From: Ministeria vibrans ATCC 50519
Taxonomy: Eukaryota > Protista > Filasterea
Assembly (NCBI GenBank): GCA_943704425.1
Contig: CALSCP010000692.1
Location: forward strand, 10,589 to 74,588
Length of the DNA: 64,000 bases
Direction: 5' to 3'
Of the stretch, positions 15,415-28,350 are shown piece by piece. The notes beneath the pieces were generated by a model. That model saw nothing but the letters and a program-made list of their open reading frames with translations, had not been told where the DNA came from and did no database searches. The first letter of the stretch is position 1; the number at the start of each line of letters is the position of its first letter. The position numbers were made by a program, and so were the translations under genes.

Positions 15415-18400
15415 ATGAGCGGCAGCGACGACGATGCTCCTGTGGGGCCTGTGGGCGACAGCGACGACGATGCGCCCGTTGGGCCTCCGCCTGCCGACTC
15501 GCCGGTCGCCCATTACGACGACGACGACGACGATGATGACGAGGAGGAGGAGGAGGATGGGGTGAATCCTCTGGCGGCACTCGTAGCGGGACCGCTGGCG
15601 GACGACGACGACGACGACGAGGAAAGCGATGGAGGCGAATACGATCCGACCAAGGGTCGACGCGGTAGGGGTGGTGCCGACGACGACGACGACGATGCCG
15701 ACGACGACATTGACGACCCAGAGGACGACGACGATGGTGATGGTGATGACGACGACGGCGCCAAGGCAGACGACGACCATGATGAGGATGAAGATGATGA
15801 CGACGATGAGGGACCCGTTCGACGAAAGAAGACGCATGCACAAAAGAAGCGCAGTCGTCGTGTGATTGATGATGACGACGACGACGATGATGACGAGGAA
15901 GAAGAGGACGTTGGCGAGGGCGACAAGGACGACAGTTACAACGAGCGCAAGCGACGCCACGAGAGCGACGGGAGCGAACTGGACTCTGATGACCTTGAGT
16001 TGATCAAGGAGGCACAGGAGAAGGCGCTGGTACAGGAAGGACGCTCACGCAAGCGAGCCAAAGACACAGAGAAGAAACAGAAGAAGAAGAATAAGAAGCA
16101 GAAGACGGCCAAGACAGCCAAGCTGAGTGCGTTTGCGCAACAGTTTGTCGAGAGCAGTGCGAGTGTTGACAAGGGCGACGAAGACACGGAGAGTGGTGCG
16201 CCGCCGAAGAAGAAGAAGCGACGCCGCGACGACTTTGTTGCCGACTCGGATGAGGATTTGGAAGAGGACGACGATGATGCACTGGCGCGATTTGAAGCGT
16301 TTGACGAGGAGATGGCTAGCGATGAGGAGGACCTGTCGCCGCCGGGTTCCGACGAGGAGGAGGACGACGAGGAGGAGGGAGGCGACTCGGATGGCGATGG
16401 GGGCACAGCGGCACTCTTGGGTGGGAAGTCGAAGAAGAAGAAGAAGAAGGCGACGGGGGCTGCTGCACCGCCGGCGTCGTTGCGTGTGGATGACGAGTTT
16501 GGTGACTTTATTGAGCACGATGGGTCTGAATCGGAGCACTCCGAGGACGAAGAGATGGACGATGGTGTTCGCTTTGAGGTGGATATTCTGAAAGAGGGCC
16601 AGAATGAGGCACTGGGCATTTTCGGGGAGCTGTATCATGGACTGCTTGACGGCGCGACCGCCTTGGATGCGGATGTGGAGGACGACTTTGATGACGGCGA
16701 CTACGACCGACTCAACGAGGAGGACGAGGAGATTATCGAAGAGGGTGGTGACGACGCTGACGCGGCCACGGCACGGATGGCGGAGCGACAGCGAAGGCGC
16801 GAGGAGCGTCGCAAGGAGCGTGCGATTGGGCTCGAGCAGGCGTACGAGCCGGCCGAGCTGGTGCGCTCGCTGATGACCGCGTCGGACACTCTCATTCGTG
16901 CTACTGATTTTCCCGAGCGACTGCAGTCGCTGCAGAAGCTGCGTCAGACACACACAGAGGCGCATGGTGCGGGCTTTGCTGAAGAAGCCGAGTGGATCTA
17001 TGTCAATGGGTTTGGGGGGCGACCCAAGAGTGACGATGGCAGTCGACGGGCGGCGCGCTCGCTCCACCGCGACGTCCGCTCGTTCATTGTGGACATCCGT
17101 GAAGGATCTGCCTCGGGTGCCGTCAAGGGCATTACCAATGCGCTACGGCTCATTTTCCAGGACGGCTTTGAGCCGGCGTTTGTGGCGACATACCGTGTCG
17201 ACGACCTCCTCGACCTGGCACAGTCGTACCACAGCGAGGTGTTGCCCACCGAAGACATCATGTTGCGACTGTACGTGATGCTTGACTGGGACGAGCGCTT
17301 TCTGCGACTGCACGCTGGCAAGCGACGACTCCTTCAGCTGTGCGACCAGGTGCGCGACTCGCTGCTTGAGGCTGAAGCCTACGATGGCGCTGATCGCGTA
17401 GTGGTCGAAACGACGCGACTGGCACTGCAGGATGACGCAGAGGAGCAGGCACACCTGGCCAACGGCGGCATCGAAGTGGACCACGAGCTGGCCGACATGG
17501 AGCAGCGCATGGTCTTCTACTTTGCCGATCGCATAAACACAGCCAAGAAGGGGACTGGCCAGCACCAAATGCCCGCCCAGCACACCAACTACCGACACTG
17601 TCTCTCGTCGGGCGTCGGTGCCATCACCCGCCACTACGGCATTCCCGTGCACAAGCTCGGGCGCAACATTCTGCTGGGCAAGGCGCGCCACGAGATTGAA
17701 GAGAGTGAGCAGGACCCCAACGATGTTGCCGAGGAGTTTGTCGACCCAACGGTTGAGATGCGCAAGAGCTCTAAACGTGTGCTTGCTATGGCACGGTACA
17801 TGGTTGCGCAAGAGATTGTTTTTGATCCAAACATTCGCGCGGCGGCACGCGATAGTTTCTTCGACCTTGGCTCGGTGACGGTGCGCGCCACGGCCAAGGG
17901 ACTCAAGGAACTCGACTCGCACCACCCTTACTCGGCATTTGCCTTTCTCACCAACAAGCACCTGGACGAGTTTAAGGACGACCAGTTTCTTCACATTTTG
18001 CGTGCTGAAGAGCAAGGTCTTGTCAATGTGTACGTGCGTGGCGAGCGTCTGCTGGCCGGTGAAGATCCTGCCAGTCCTGCTGTCGCGTCGCGCTGTCCCG
18101 AGTTTGTCGAGCGTGCCTTCCGTGTCTACCACGAGACGGAGCTTGACCTGTGGAACCCCGAGCGACGTGCAGCTCTCGAGAACGCTATTGTGTATGGTCT
18201 ATTCCCGCAGTTTGCTCGCGAAGCACGCATGGCACTGCGCAAGCGTGCCGAACTGCACGTGCTGCATCAATGCTTTGTCGACATGCTCAAGCGTGCCATG
18301 AGCCCGCCTGTGCCTCGGACGCTTTTGCCGCTTCGCAGCGATTTTGGTGGTGACGAAGTGGCGTACGACGCGGAGTTGCGCGACTACGAGTCGTCCGTGT

Positions 18401-20810
18401 GCGGCACAGTCGCCGGCTGTTTCATTGGCGACTCGCGCACCCCAACTTTCCTTGCCTTCATCAATGGCAACGGTGTCATGATGGACTTTCTCAAGCTCGA
18501 CTACCTGGCCAAGGGACGTGCGGCGGGCGCTTCGAAGCTCGAGTCGGACGAGCGCCGACTGCGTGAGTTCATTGAGGCGAAGCGGCCATCGGTGGTCGCT
18601 GTTGCCGCCAACAATTTGTCGGACCGTCGCATCTTTGACCAGATTGCCGGCATTGTTGGATCGGTCAACGACCTGAAACGACACGAGGCACGCGAACGCA
18701 AGCAAGAGATGCTCGATGAAAAGCGCGAGGTGGACGCGGCTGCGTTGAAGCGCAAGAAGAGCAAGAAGAAGGCGGGCGCAGTGACTGCCGAGCTGAACCC
18801 GCTTGACTACGAACTGCAGCCCGAAGACAACGCAGGCTTCACGCCCATGCAGGTACGCTGGGCTGACCCCTCGGTCCCCAACATCTACGGTCAGAGTGAG
18901 CGTTCGAGCAAGGAGTTTCCGCAGTTTCCGCCGGTGCTGTGTCGTGCCATTTCGGTTGGGCGTGTCGTGCAGGACCCACTCTTTGAGTACGCGTCGTTGT
19001 CGAACATTGACCACGAGCTGACGGGCGTCAAGGTGACGCCGCTGCAGAGCCTTGTGGGTGAGGAGCTTGTGGAAGAGTGGTTTGAGCGGGCGCTGGTGAC
19101 GGCTGTGGCGCGTGTCGGTGTTGACTTCAACCATGTCCTGCGTTTCCCACATCGCGAGGCAGCGCTTCATCTGGTGGCCGGGTTTGGGTTGCGCAAGGCA
19201 CAGTACCTGGCACGTGGCGTGCAGCAGCGACGTCAGCCTATTCGCACACGACTTGAGTTACGTGCCACACCAGGCGTGGGCGAGTGTGTGTACCGCAACG
19301 CGGCGCCCTTCCTCAAGATTGTGGCTCCAGCACACTCGCACAACGACGACGATGACATGGACGAGTACGAGATGGAGGGTGTCGACGACGGTGACATTGT
19401 GTACGATGACGATGACGATGACGATGCCGACGACGACGACGACGGCGAACGAAGACGCGCTCGACGACGGAATCAGCAGCGACAGCGGCAACGGCAACGT
19501 GGTGGTGACGAAGATGAGGGTGAGGATGATGGTGACGGCGATGAAATTGTCGTGCCTGAGCCACTAGGGTACACGGAAGAGGAGGAGGAGTACTTTGCAG
19601 TGGTGCACAACGACGAGCTAGACCTGAATGACATTGTGGAGAACGAAGAGCTGGTGAAGGACGCGGACGACGACGAGGACAACGTGAACTTTGTTGAGCA
19701 CCAGCAGTTGTTGGTGGAGAAGCGCAAGCGACTGGCCGAGTGGGAGGAGCGCGAGCGGGCGCGCATTGAGCGGGCAGAGGCGATTGAGATGGCGCAGGAG
19801 CGACTGCGGCGGCGACGCGAGCGCAACGAGGAGCTCGAGCGAGCGAAGCGTGAGAAGCGCCTGATTCACTATGTGGACGTGCTCGACCAGACGCGAGTGC
19901 CGCCCGAGGCGTACGATTATGCACGTTTCATTGCGAAGAACGCGGTGGAGTCGAACGAGACGGCGGACGACATTCGGGACGATCCGAGCAAGCATGTGGC
20001 GCGTCTGTTGGCGTCGCGCAGTGACGACTCGGGAGCGCGCGAGATTCTGCGTCTGTTTGACTTGGCGGACATGGCGCTGAACTACCTGCGACAGAAGAAT
20101 GTGGTGCAGCTGCTCGAGTTGATTCGTGAAGAGCTGCGCGATCCGTTTCGTGATCCTCGTCGACGGCTAGAGGATGTTGCGGGTGAATTAGGGGCGCCCG
20201 AGTCGCGCACGGGCAACCCGTATGCGTCGGTGGGAGCCGAGCGGTTGTTGACGCTCTTCACGGGCGAGACGCTGGCGACGTTGTGCAAGGGACGTGTGGT
20301 GAAGGGCACGGTGATGCGGTTTAGTCAGCGTGACAAACCGACAACGACGGTGCGACTCGACTGTGGACTGCAGGGCATCATTCCATTGTCGAAGCTGAGT
20401 CGCACGCGTCTCGCACACCCCGAGGAGCGTCTGTCGATTGGGCAGGTGGTTGAGGCGCGCATTGTCGAGCTGGATCCGGCGCGGATGTTGGCGGTGCTCG
20501 AGTGTCGCGGGGACACCATGGCGAACCCACCACCCGAGATGGCACCCGTGCGCGACGCCATCTACTATGATGCGCCGGCTGAGGAGGCGGCACGAGCGTC
20601 GGCGCGGGCCAAGAAGGAGGCGCAGCACCAAGCCAAGATGCGACGGTACAAGAAGCGACCGATTGAGCACCCTCTCTTCCGCAATGTTTCGCTGGCAGCC
20701 GCACTTGCACTGCTTGAGGACCCTTCGGTTGACGCGGTGTTTCGTCCCAGCAGTAAGGGGACGGACCATCTGACAGTGTCTTGGAAGGTAAAGCAAAAGA
20801 GGGGAAAAAA

Positions 20811-20862
<52 letters not shown>

Positions 20863-22011
20863 CTGACAATGGTTTTGTGTGTAGTTCGCTGAAGGTGAGA
20901 TTGTGCACGAGGACATTCAGGAGCTGGACAAGGTCAACGATGTGGTGTTGGGGCGTCGACTGCGAATTCTAGACGAAGAGTACGAGGACCTCGATGAAAT
21001 TGTGGTCCGCCGCATTCAGCCGTCCATTGCCTTTTCCAAGGCTATTTGTGGTTATAAGGTAGGGAGTTTTTTTTTTTTTTTCGTCTGTGTGAGTATGTCT
21101 GATGCGAATGGCTGTGTAGTATTTCCGATCGATGCAACAGAGTGAATTGAAGAAGATGATGGAGAAGGAGAAGTCGCAGTACCCATCCAAGACACCGTAC
21201 TACTTTATCATTGATCGAGTACGCAATTATAATAACATTTTTAGTGTGGAGTGAGTGATTGACTGTGTGTGTGCATGTGTAGGGGCATCCCAAGTGCTTC
21301 TCGCTCGGGTGTTTACCGTCGCGACGAGTGCGATTTGAGACGGTGCGAGTGACTGCGGACGGGTACCGGTACCGTCAGGAGCTACACACATCGCTGCAGA
21401 AGCTCGTTGGGTATTTCAAGCGCAACATTAATGTGGCGCCACCGAAGCGCCCTACGCCTGCCGTGGCCTCTGCTAAGCCACAGAGCACAAACAACGCAAT
21501 GGATGATGTGTCGATGGGTGGAGGATCGAGTGTGGGAGCATGGAGTGGTGGTGGAGCGAGTAGTGGGGGTGGTGGTGGCTATGGGGATGGGAGTGTGCGA
21601 CGACCAAGTCGCTTTGATGTGGGTGCGCCTCCGTCCGGTACACCTTCGTACTTTTCGGATTCGTACGGCGGTCGGCAGGGTGCTGGTGCGGGTGCGCCTC
21701 CACCCATGCACCCTCCACCGTCGTCCTACCTGCCGCCGCCGCCACAGCGTCAACAGCAGCAGCAACAACGCCCGCCATCGTCGTATTCGACAGGTGGTGG
21801 GCAACAGTACGGGCAAGGGACGGTGGGCTACGACCCGTACGCCAGCCAGAGCAGCTTCTCTCTGCCGCCTCCGCCCCACCAGTACGGCGGTCCTGCTCCG
21901 CCCTCAGGTGCTCCTGCTCCGCCCCCCTGGCGCAGTGGCGGTGCCCCTCCTCCTCCCGCCCCGCCCGGCTGGGTCAAGGAGGGTGCTTCCTCGTCAAAAC
22001 CCCGTTATTGA
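15415..22011 (+). CDS. SPT6: Transcription elongation factor / histone chaperone SPT6
   Basis: Acidic N-terminus, YEPAEL...DTLIRATDFPERLQ, YqgF region (RAISVGRVVQDPL), HhH (VAGFGLRKA), LDQTRVPPEAY, S1 domain, tandem SH2 (RPSSKGTDHLTVSWK; YEDLDEIV), P/G/Q-rich tail; ~5.4 kb first exon. Confidence 0.96.
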
Positions 22012-22052
22012 CGTAGGGCCCCTTGTGTGTGACAGACAGAGAGAGTGAGCGA

Positions 22053-22084
<32 letters not shown>

Positions 22085-22170
22085 TAATGAATTACTTGTT
22101 TCTATGTTTAAAGAGGACGAAAAGGGTCCAGTTATAATCATAAGAATAATCATACAGGAATGGAGGTGCT

Positions 22171-23887
22171 TTATTTTGTTTTGGTTTTTGATGGACGGGG
22201 CTCGAGAATGCGCTTGCGGGACTCAATGGCCCGTTCAATGTCAGCTTCAAGGCGCTTGCCCAGGGGACGGCCTTGACGTCGCCGTTGCTAAATACGAGAG
22301 CGAGAGAGGGTGTGCGTGTGAGTGAGGAGAGCGAGTGTGTGTGTGTGTGTGCGTGTGCCAGAGATTTCCAGTACCAGATAGCGGAGGTAGCAACGCTCGA
22401 CATCACAGTCTGCGGCAAAGAGAGCCGAATCGAGGATATCCGGGTTGGGCTGCGGCTCTTGTGGTGATGGTGATGCTGATGGGGCAGTCATGGGTGGCGG
22501 TGGAGTGGGCTCTGTGTCGGGGAGTGCGCGAATGGCCTCGCGCAGAAGCTCAGTGCGACTGTGGCGGAGTGCTGCGAGTTGGGACTGGGCAGTGCGGAGT
22601 TGGTCGAGAATTTGATCGTCGGCGGGAGGGTAGCGCAGTGTTTGACCGCACTTGCGAGCGAGAGAGGCAAAGACATCCTTGGAAGGGTCGGTGGAGGCGG
22701 CGGCAGCAAGAACACGGCGCATGGGCTCGGAGGAGGCCTTGAAGACGCGCGCCTGCTGGGCGGGAGTGGACGCGGAAATGGACGGGAGGGCGGCGTGGAG
22801 ACGGGCGTAGACGGCGTCGAAGGAGTGGTGTTCGGTGTCGGCAAGGGATGGATCGAGCAGACCGGCCTTGGCGCACTCGGCTGCGGCCTCGGCTAGGTCG
22901 AGCGTAAGACGGGCCTGGCGGTAGGCTGGCTGGCCGCGCGCTGGCAATGCAGGCACTTCAAGCCAGGCGTCAAGGGGTTCGTCGAGGCTGTCGACTTGAT
23001 CGAGGGTTGGAAGGGCCGTAGATGGTGCAGTGGATGTGGAGTTGGGGTGGGTAGTGGCAGCGGTGGTGGTCGTGGTAGTGGTCGTGGTGGTGGTGGGCGG
23101 CGGGGGAAGGGCGTCGATGGAGACCCAGAATTCATGGAGAGGACCAGCAAGAGATGGGAGCTGAATAATCATACAAAAAACAACAGAAATAAGTACAAGA
23201 GGGGTGTGCACAGTGAGAACACATGCATTAAGGATAATGATAATAAATATCTTACTTGGCTGATGGGCAGTGGCGCCTGGTACTTGTCGTCATCGTCGTC
23301 GTTGTCGTCCTTGCGCGTCCTTGCTGTTGTTTTTGCGCGCTTGCTGACGCGCGTCTCCTGTTGCTTCTTGGCTGTGGGAGGCAGTGGGGGAGGGATGAGC
23401 ATCTGGACGCCTTCTAAGGGGCGTTTTCGCGGACGGCCGAGCGGGCGCCCCTTGGAGCCGAGTCTCACGCCTGGTGCGTACATGGGCAGAGCCTGCGGAA
23501 GCGACGAGGCCGGGATCGCCGACGATTGGCCCCGGGTGGTCCAGCGCGCGGGCCCGTCGCTCGAGAGCCAGTGGGCGACGCGGTTCTACGAGTGAGAGCA
23601 GTTCAGTGTTTCGCTGACAAGCACATCAGCCAAAAAAAAAAAAAAAATGAATGGTACCTTTTCCTGTACGGCGCGACTGTAGTTGGAGACGGAGACAGCA
23701 TGCAGGGCTTCGACTTCAGCGCGGAGTGCAACGAGTTGGTCTGTGGATAAACTGAGAGAGAGAGAGAGAAGTTAAGAGTTTGAGTTTATGATTGGTCATT
23801 CCACCTTTCGCCATTTGCAGCGAGATGCAGTGTGGGACAGCACTCGGACGTGGGTACGACGTTAAAGTCCGGAAGTGTTGGGTCCAT
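22171..23887 (-). CDS. TADA3: Transcriptional adaptor ADA3 (SAGA/ATAC HAT module)
   Basis: Spliced MDPTLPDFNVVPTSECCP...QLVALRAEVEAL; HEFWVSID (cf. NRFWASVE); SFDAVYARLHAAL (cf. PFGALTQRLLQAL); DDQILDQLRTAQSQLAAL (cf. EDEVLAELRKRQAELKAL); C-terminal AADCDVERCYLRYL|QRRRQGRP; AT-hook-like GRPRK. Confidence 0.75.
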
Positions 23888-24531
23888 CACAAAAAATAAT
23901 AATAAGAAAAGGGTGAAAATAGATCATTAATTCACTATAAGTTTATTATATTATTATTATCAATAAAATCAATAACTGAAAAATTTTACTGCATCTCGAC
24001 CGCTGATCGGGTTCTTCATTGAGTTCGTTCTTCATGGGGAACAATACAATAATAATAATGATATTATTATATTATTATGATAAAAAAAAAAAAAAAGAAA
24101 TGGGGCTCACTAATGTGCCTCCGATTTATGCCACCACTCTGCTCCCGTGTAGCACGGAAGGAGGGCATTAGCATACCGGAGCGACGCGCATCTGCGCGAT
24201 CGCCTCAGAGAGACACACCGCCAACCGATTTCATTTTGTGCCTTTGTGGTTTATATTGTGAGTGGATGTTCGACCAAATGATGACAGAGCATTTCTAAAA
24301 ATAATGATTTAATTATATTAACAAAGACAGAGTCTATTCAGTGCCTCAGTCTTGACTCTTGAGTCTATACTTTGGCATATGCTATGGCCTATGGCCTATG
24401 GCCTATAATTGCTATCCTGAGACCTAATTCGGACTTGGTTCAATAATCATTTCAGTATGATAATAATTATTATTAATTTGTATTCATTCAAACATTTATA
24501 TGATCTAACGTCGGTCTGCTGTGCGTACATA

Positions 24532-26073
24532 ATGAGACTGCGTAGCAAGCTCAGTCAGTCCACAAGCCCTACCTTTTCGGTGTATGGGGGCAATGATTTC
24601 GGCGAGGGTGGAGAGGGAGAGCAGTTTTCGTGCGACGTGATGAGTGTCGCTGCTGGAGCGACTCACACCCTTGTCCTGTGCCGGGACGGGCGTGTATTAT
24701 CGCGTGGCTCCAACTCCAATGGACAGCTGGGTCGACGAGGTGACGAGAATGCCTCGTTTGAGAGTGTTGAGGTTGAAAGTGAGATTCGAGCGGTTGCCAG
24801 TGGCAACCGATTCTCGCTGTTCCTCAGTGCGGACGGACGTGTGTTTGGGTGTGGTAACAATGTGTCGGCGCAGCTCGGGTTCTTTTTCGGCGACGAATGC
24901 TACTGTGCGGCTCCACAAGCGCCCAAATTCTTGCCACACTTTCGTCGGCCTGTGCGTTCCATTGTGTGCGGCGCTGATTTCTCAGTCTTCGTCATGGACG
25001 ACGGCCAGCTGTATGCCTGCGGTGCCAATGCCTACGGACAGCTGGGGCGCGGTGTACGTGAGCCTGCACAGTTTGTGCCGCGACCGGTAGAGCTGGACAT
25101 TCCTGCCAATGACGCAGTGACTCAGCTTGCCTGCGGCCATCGGCATGTGCTTGCACGCACCGCCAAAGGTGCTCTGTACACCTGGGGCTACGAGCGAGCT
25201 GTTTCGGCAGTGGTCGGTGCTATCCATCGGCCAGACGGGGACCTACCACGACCAAAGCGGATTGATCATGACGGGGGTGTTGGGCGTCTCCCCCACCCAA
25301 TCTCATGTGTTGCCGCTGGAGGCTATGTGTCTCTTGCGGTGTGCGGAGACGACCGGTTGGTCTATTCGTGGGGTCAGGGAGACCATCACGTGGGTGGGCG
25401 CAGCGACAAACGGCCGGTGTGTGTGCCGCTGCTGCGTGACATTGTATGCGTGGATGCGGGTGATGCATTTGCTGTTGCTCTTGACGCACATTCGCGACTC
25501 TTTGTCTGGGGGAGAAACTGTGCGCGACTCCTCACCGACGTGTCGCCGTCCAAGCGACTTTACGAGCCGGTGCAATGTGCGGTGGATGGCCCTGTGACGC
25601 GCGTGTACTGTGGGGCATGGCACTGTGTGATTCAGCACAGCACGACAGTGGGGTGCGCATTGTTCGCAGTCAAGAAGCAGCCACAAAGTATGAAAATGAT
25701 AACTCCTTCACCTCGAAGCGTGGGTGAGGCAAATGAGCAGCCAGAAAAGGTGATGGATCAGCCACGAAGCGATTGCGGCGCAGTAGTGGCGCGACCCGTG
25801 TCGACTACAGGGGCGCGGACACGACTCCTGACGAAGCGATCGTCGGTTGATGAAGATGGCACTGAGAGTGTGGTGACAGGGAGCAGAGTGCGGCGGAGAC
25901 GCTCAGAGAGTGTCACGAGTGGTGGCAGCTCTGGTGACATGGAGAGTGCGCCAGCCGAGCCAGTGCTTGTTCGTGCCAAGCGACTGTGTGCGCCTCAGTC
26001 GCCAAGCCCCGCTGAGAAGCGTCTGAAGAATATCAGCCGCATTTTGAAGGAGATTGACGCCGAGCTGGAGTGA
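24532..26073 (+). CDS. RCC1/BLIP-II beta-propeller repeat protein with a disordered basic C-terminal tail; intronless
   Basis: Repeated VAAGATHTLVL..DGRV..GSNSNGQLG, CGADFSVF..DGQLYACGANAYGQLG, ACGHRHVLA motifs; first in-frame ATG in plausible context at 24532. Confidence 0.9.
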   Translation: MRLRSKLSQSTSPTFSVYGGNDFGEGGEGEQFSCDVMSVAAGATHTLVLCRDGRVLSRGSNSNGQLGRRGDENASFESVEVESEIRAVASGNRFSLFLSADGRVFGCGNNVSAQLGFFFGDECYCAAPQAPKFLPHFRRPVRSIVCGADFSVFVMDDGQLYACGANAYGQLGRGVREPAQFVPRPVELDIPANDAVTQLACGHRHVLARTAKGALYTWGYERAVSAVVGAIHRPDGDLPRPKRIDHDGGVGRLPHPISCVAAGGYVSLAVCGDDRLVYSWGQGDHHVGGRSDKRPVCVPLLRDIVCVDAGDAFAVALDAHSRLFVWGRNCARLLTDVSPSKRLYEPVQCAVDGPVTRVYCGAWHCVIQHSTTVGCALFAVKKQPQSMKMITPSPRSVGEANEQPEKVMDQPRSDCGAVVARPVSTTGARTRLLTKRSSVDEDGTESVVTGSRVRRRRSESVTSGGSSGDMESAPAEPVLVRAKRLCAPQSPSPAEKRLKNISRILKEIDAELE

Positions 26074-26204
26074 ATCAATGTATAAAACTAAAATAAATTA
26101 TTATGATTATATTTTTGTACATAGTTGTCTTACACTTCAGCTTGATCACTGCGTCTTATCACACATTTGTCTACTACAAAAGTACAATTCATCTGAATTG
26201 AATC

Positions 26205-26873
26205 ATGCTGTCGGCAAGCGCCCCCGCCGTCCCGCAAGTTCGCGTGGTTGGTGATCCAGTTTTGAGGCAGATCGCAACTCCCGTGCCCGACAATGGAAAG
26301 GTCCCTGGCGAAGTTGTCGCCGCGGGAAACGCCCTCATGGCTCGACTGGCACTGTTTCGCCACGAGCATGGCTTTGGTCGCGGCATTGCTGCGCCCCAGT
26401 TGGGCTTTTCAGTGCGTTTGATTTGTCTTGATCTTGGACGCGGTCCCTTCCTCGCCGCCAATCCTGTGCTAACGCCCACGCGACAAGACAAGTTTTCGCT
26501 GTGGGACGACTGCATGTCCTTTCCCGACACTCTCGCCGCGGTGAATCGCTTTGAGAGTGTCCACGCGACCTTTTGCGACCTGCAAACGGGCGAGCGCGTC
26601 AATTTGCGACATTGCTCGCGCGACCTGAGCGAACTGCTCCAACACGAGTGCGATCACCTCGACGGCGTCCTGAGCCTCGACATTTGCTTTGCACGTGTCC
26701 TAAAGAGCGAGTACGCACAGGATCGGGCGCGCTACGACGCCATGGTCACTCCTGGCTACTCCATCACTCCCATCTGCAGCTCCGACGCTTCCTCCGCGGA
26801 GCGCTACCCAAAAGTCCCGCCACAATTTTGCAAAGAGATTCTCGTAGACACGTCAACGCTCTGCAGTCAGTGA
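26205..26873 (+). CDS. def: Peptide deformylase, atypical motif-2 type; intronless
   Basis: GDPVLR; motif 1 GRGIAAPQLG; motif 2 WDDCMSFP (canonical EGCLS); motif 3 QHECDHLDG. Confidence 0.9.
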   Translation: MLSASAPAVPQVRVVGDPVLRQIATPVPDNGKVPGEVVAAGNALMARLALFRHEHGFGRGIAAPQLGFSVRLICLDLGRGPFLAANPVLTPTRQDKFSLWDDCMSFPDTLAAVNRFESVHATFCDLQTGERVNLRHCSRDLSELLQHECDHLDGVLSLDICFARVLKSEYAQDRARYDAMVTPGYSITPICSSDASSAERYPKVPPQFCKEILVDTSTLCSQ

Positions 26874-26938
26874 AAGTGTAAAATGAGTATAATGCATCAT
26901 AATTAAAAGCTGAAATGGACTTGAGAGGGTGGCGTGTT

Positions 26939-28089
26939 TCATTGCATGAGCGCATCGACGACCGTCTTGACATTAAAGTTGCGCAGCGCGTCGTAAGTCT
27001 GACCGGTGCCCACAAACACAATGGGCTTCCCACTGGTGTACGTCATGCTGATGGCGGCGCCCACCTTGTCATCAATGGTGTCAAACTTGGTCAGCACAAT
27101 GCCGTCGATGAGGCGCGGGGCGGCGCTGCTGCTCCCGTACGTCGACAGCGCACGCGAGAACTTGCTCAGCTGGTCGACAGCCTCATTGCCCACCAGTGCC
27201 TCTCCAACAAACAGCACCAAATCGGGCGAGTTCATCCCCACCAGCTTTGCCAGCGACCGCATCAGTGGCTCGTTGTCCTGCATTCGTCCTGCAGTATCCA
27301 CCAACTACAAACGAAAAAAAAACGCGCGTGTGTGTGTGTGAGTGAGAGCGCAAATAGAGTGCATGTACATCAAGTCAGCCTCAACAGAGAGCAAGAAAGA
27401 AAAGAGAGCGAGTGATACGCACACACATGATATGGACTTCACAAAAAAGTGCGTTTTAAGAGGCGCACGTACCACCACGTCCCGACCCGTTTGGCGCGCA
27501 TGCACAATGGCGTCCTTGGCCACATCCGCTGCGTTCTTGCCATAGCCGCTCTCATAGAGCGCGACGGGCGCCGCATCGGGATCCGCACTTGCATTGTCAA
27601 AACCAACAATCTTGTTGAGGCTGTTCTTGTGAGTCATTAGCTGTTCCACTGCGCCCGATCGGAACGTGTCGCATGCAGCAATCAACACTCGCTGCTTCTT
27701 GTTCGTGAGCCAATATGCAATTTTGGCCAGGTTGGTGCTCTTCCCAACGCCATTGACACCACAGAACACAATCACATACGGACTACATACAATACACAGT
27801 CATGGAAGTTAGATTACACTTGTTTGCAGTAGTAGGATTAGGGTGAAACGTTTAAGCTCAAGGTGTGTGTCGATACCGTTTTTGCTCTCGAGCGGCAATG
27901 ATACCTCTGAGGATATCGACGCGTTTGCTTGGCGACAGAATGCGAGTAAGACACTCACTGACAGCATCGCGCACAGTCGTCTGCACGCTGGTCAATGTGG
28001 GGGCCTGTTTGCCCACCAGCGACGCACTCACCGACTTGCACAGTGCCTCGGCAATCTCAGCAGCAACATTCTTCCCCATCAAACTCTCC
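26939..28089 (-). CDS. SRPRA: SRP receptor alpha, C-terminal NG GTPase half
   Basis: [69 protein letters not shown]. Confidence 0.95.
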
Positions 28090-28099
28090 CTATAAGATA

Positions 28100-28268
28100 A
28101 GAATGAGCACCAATCACTCACTCTCTCTATCACTTTGTTTCGTTCTCCCTCCTTTCCCTCTATCACTTTGTTTCTTTCTCCCTCCCTCCTCTCACCATCA
28201 CTTTGTTTCTTTCTCCCTCCCTCCTCTCTCCTTCTCTTTTTTTGTTCACTCTCTCGTTCTCTTTCTTT

Positions 28269-28338
<70 letters not shown>

Positions 28339-28345
28339 CTCTCTC
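28100..28345. repeat. CT-rich minisatellite / (CT)n / (AT)n block at the SRPRA-NUBPL junction
   Basis: Contains CTCTATCACTTTGTTT units and TTTTTTGTTCACTCTCTCGTTCTCTTTCTTTAACTCTCTC, near-identical to ~48699-48745. Confidence 0.85.
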
Positions 28346-28350
28346 TGTAG

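Noticed and set aside
21490-22011. SPT6 C-terminal tail as a WG/GW Argonaute hook (as in plant SPT6L)
   Set aside because: Only three Trp residues and a single GW; the tail is simply P/G/Q/Y-rich low complexity.
24381-24406. (CTATGGC)n heptamer repeat upstream of the RCC1-like gene
   Set aside because: Only ~3.5 copies, consistent with slippage; no evidence of function or telomeric identity.
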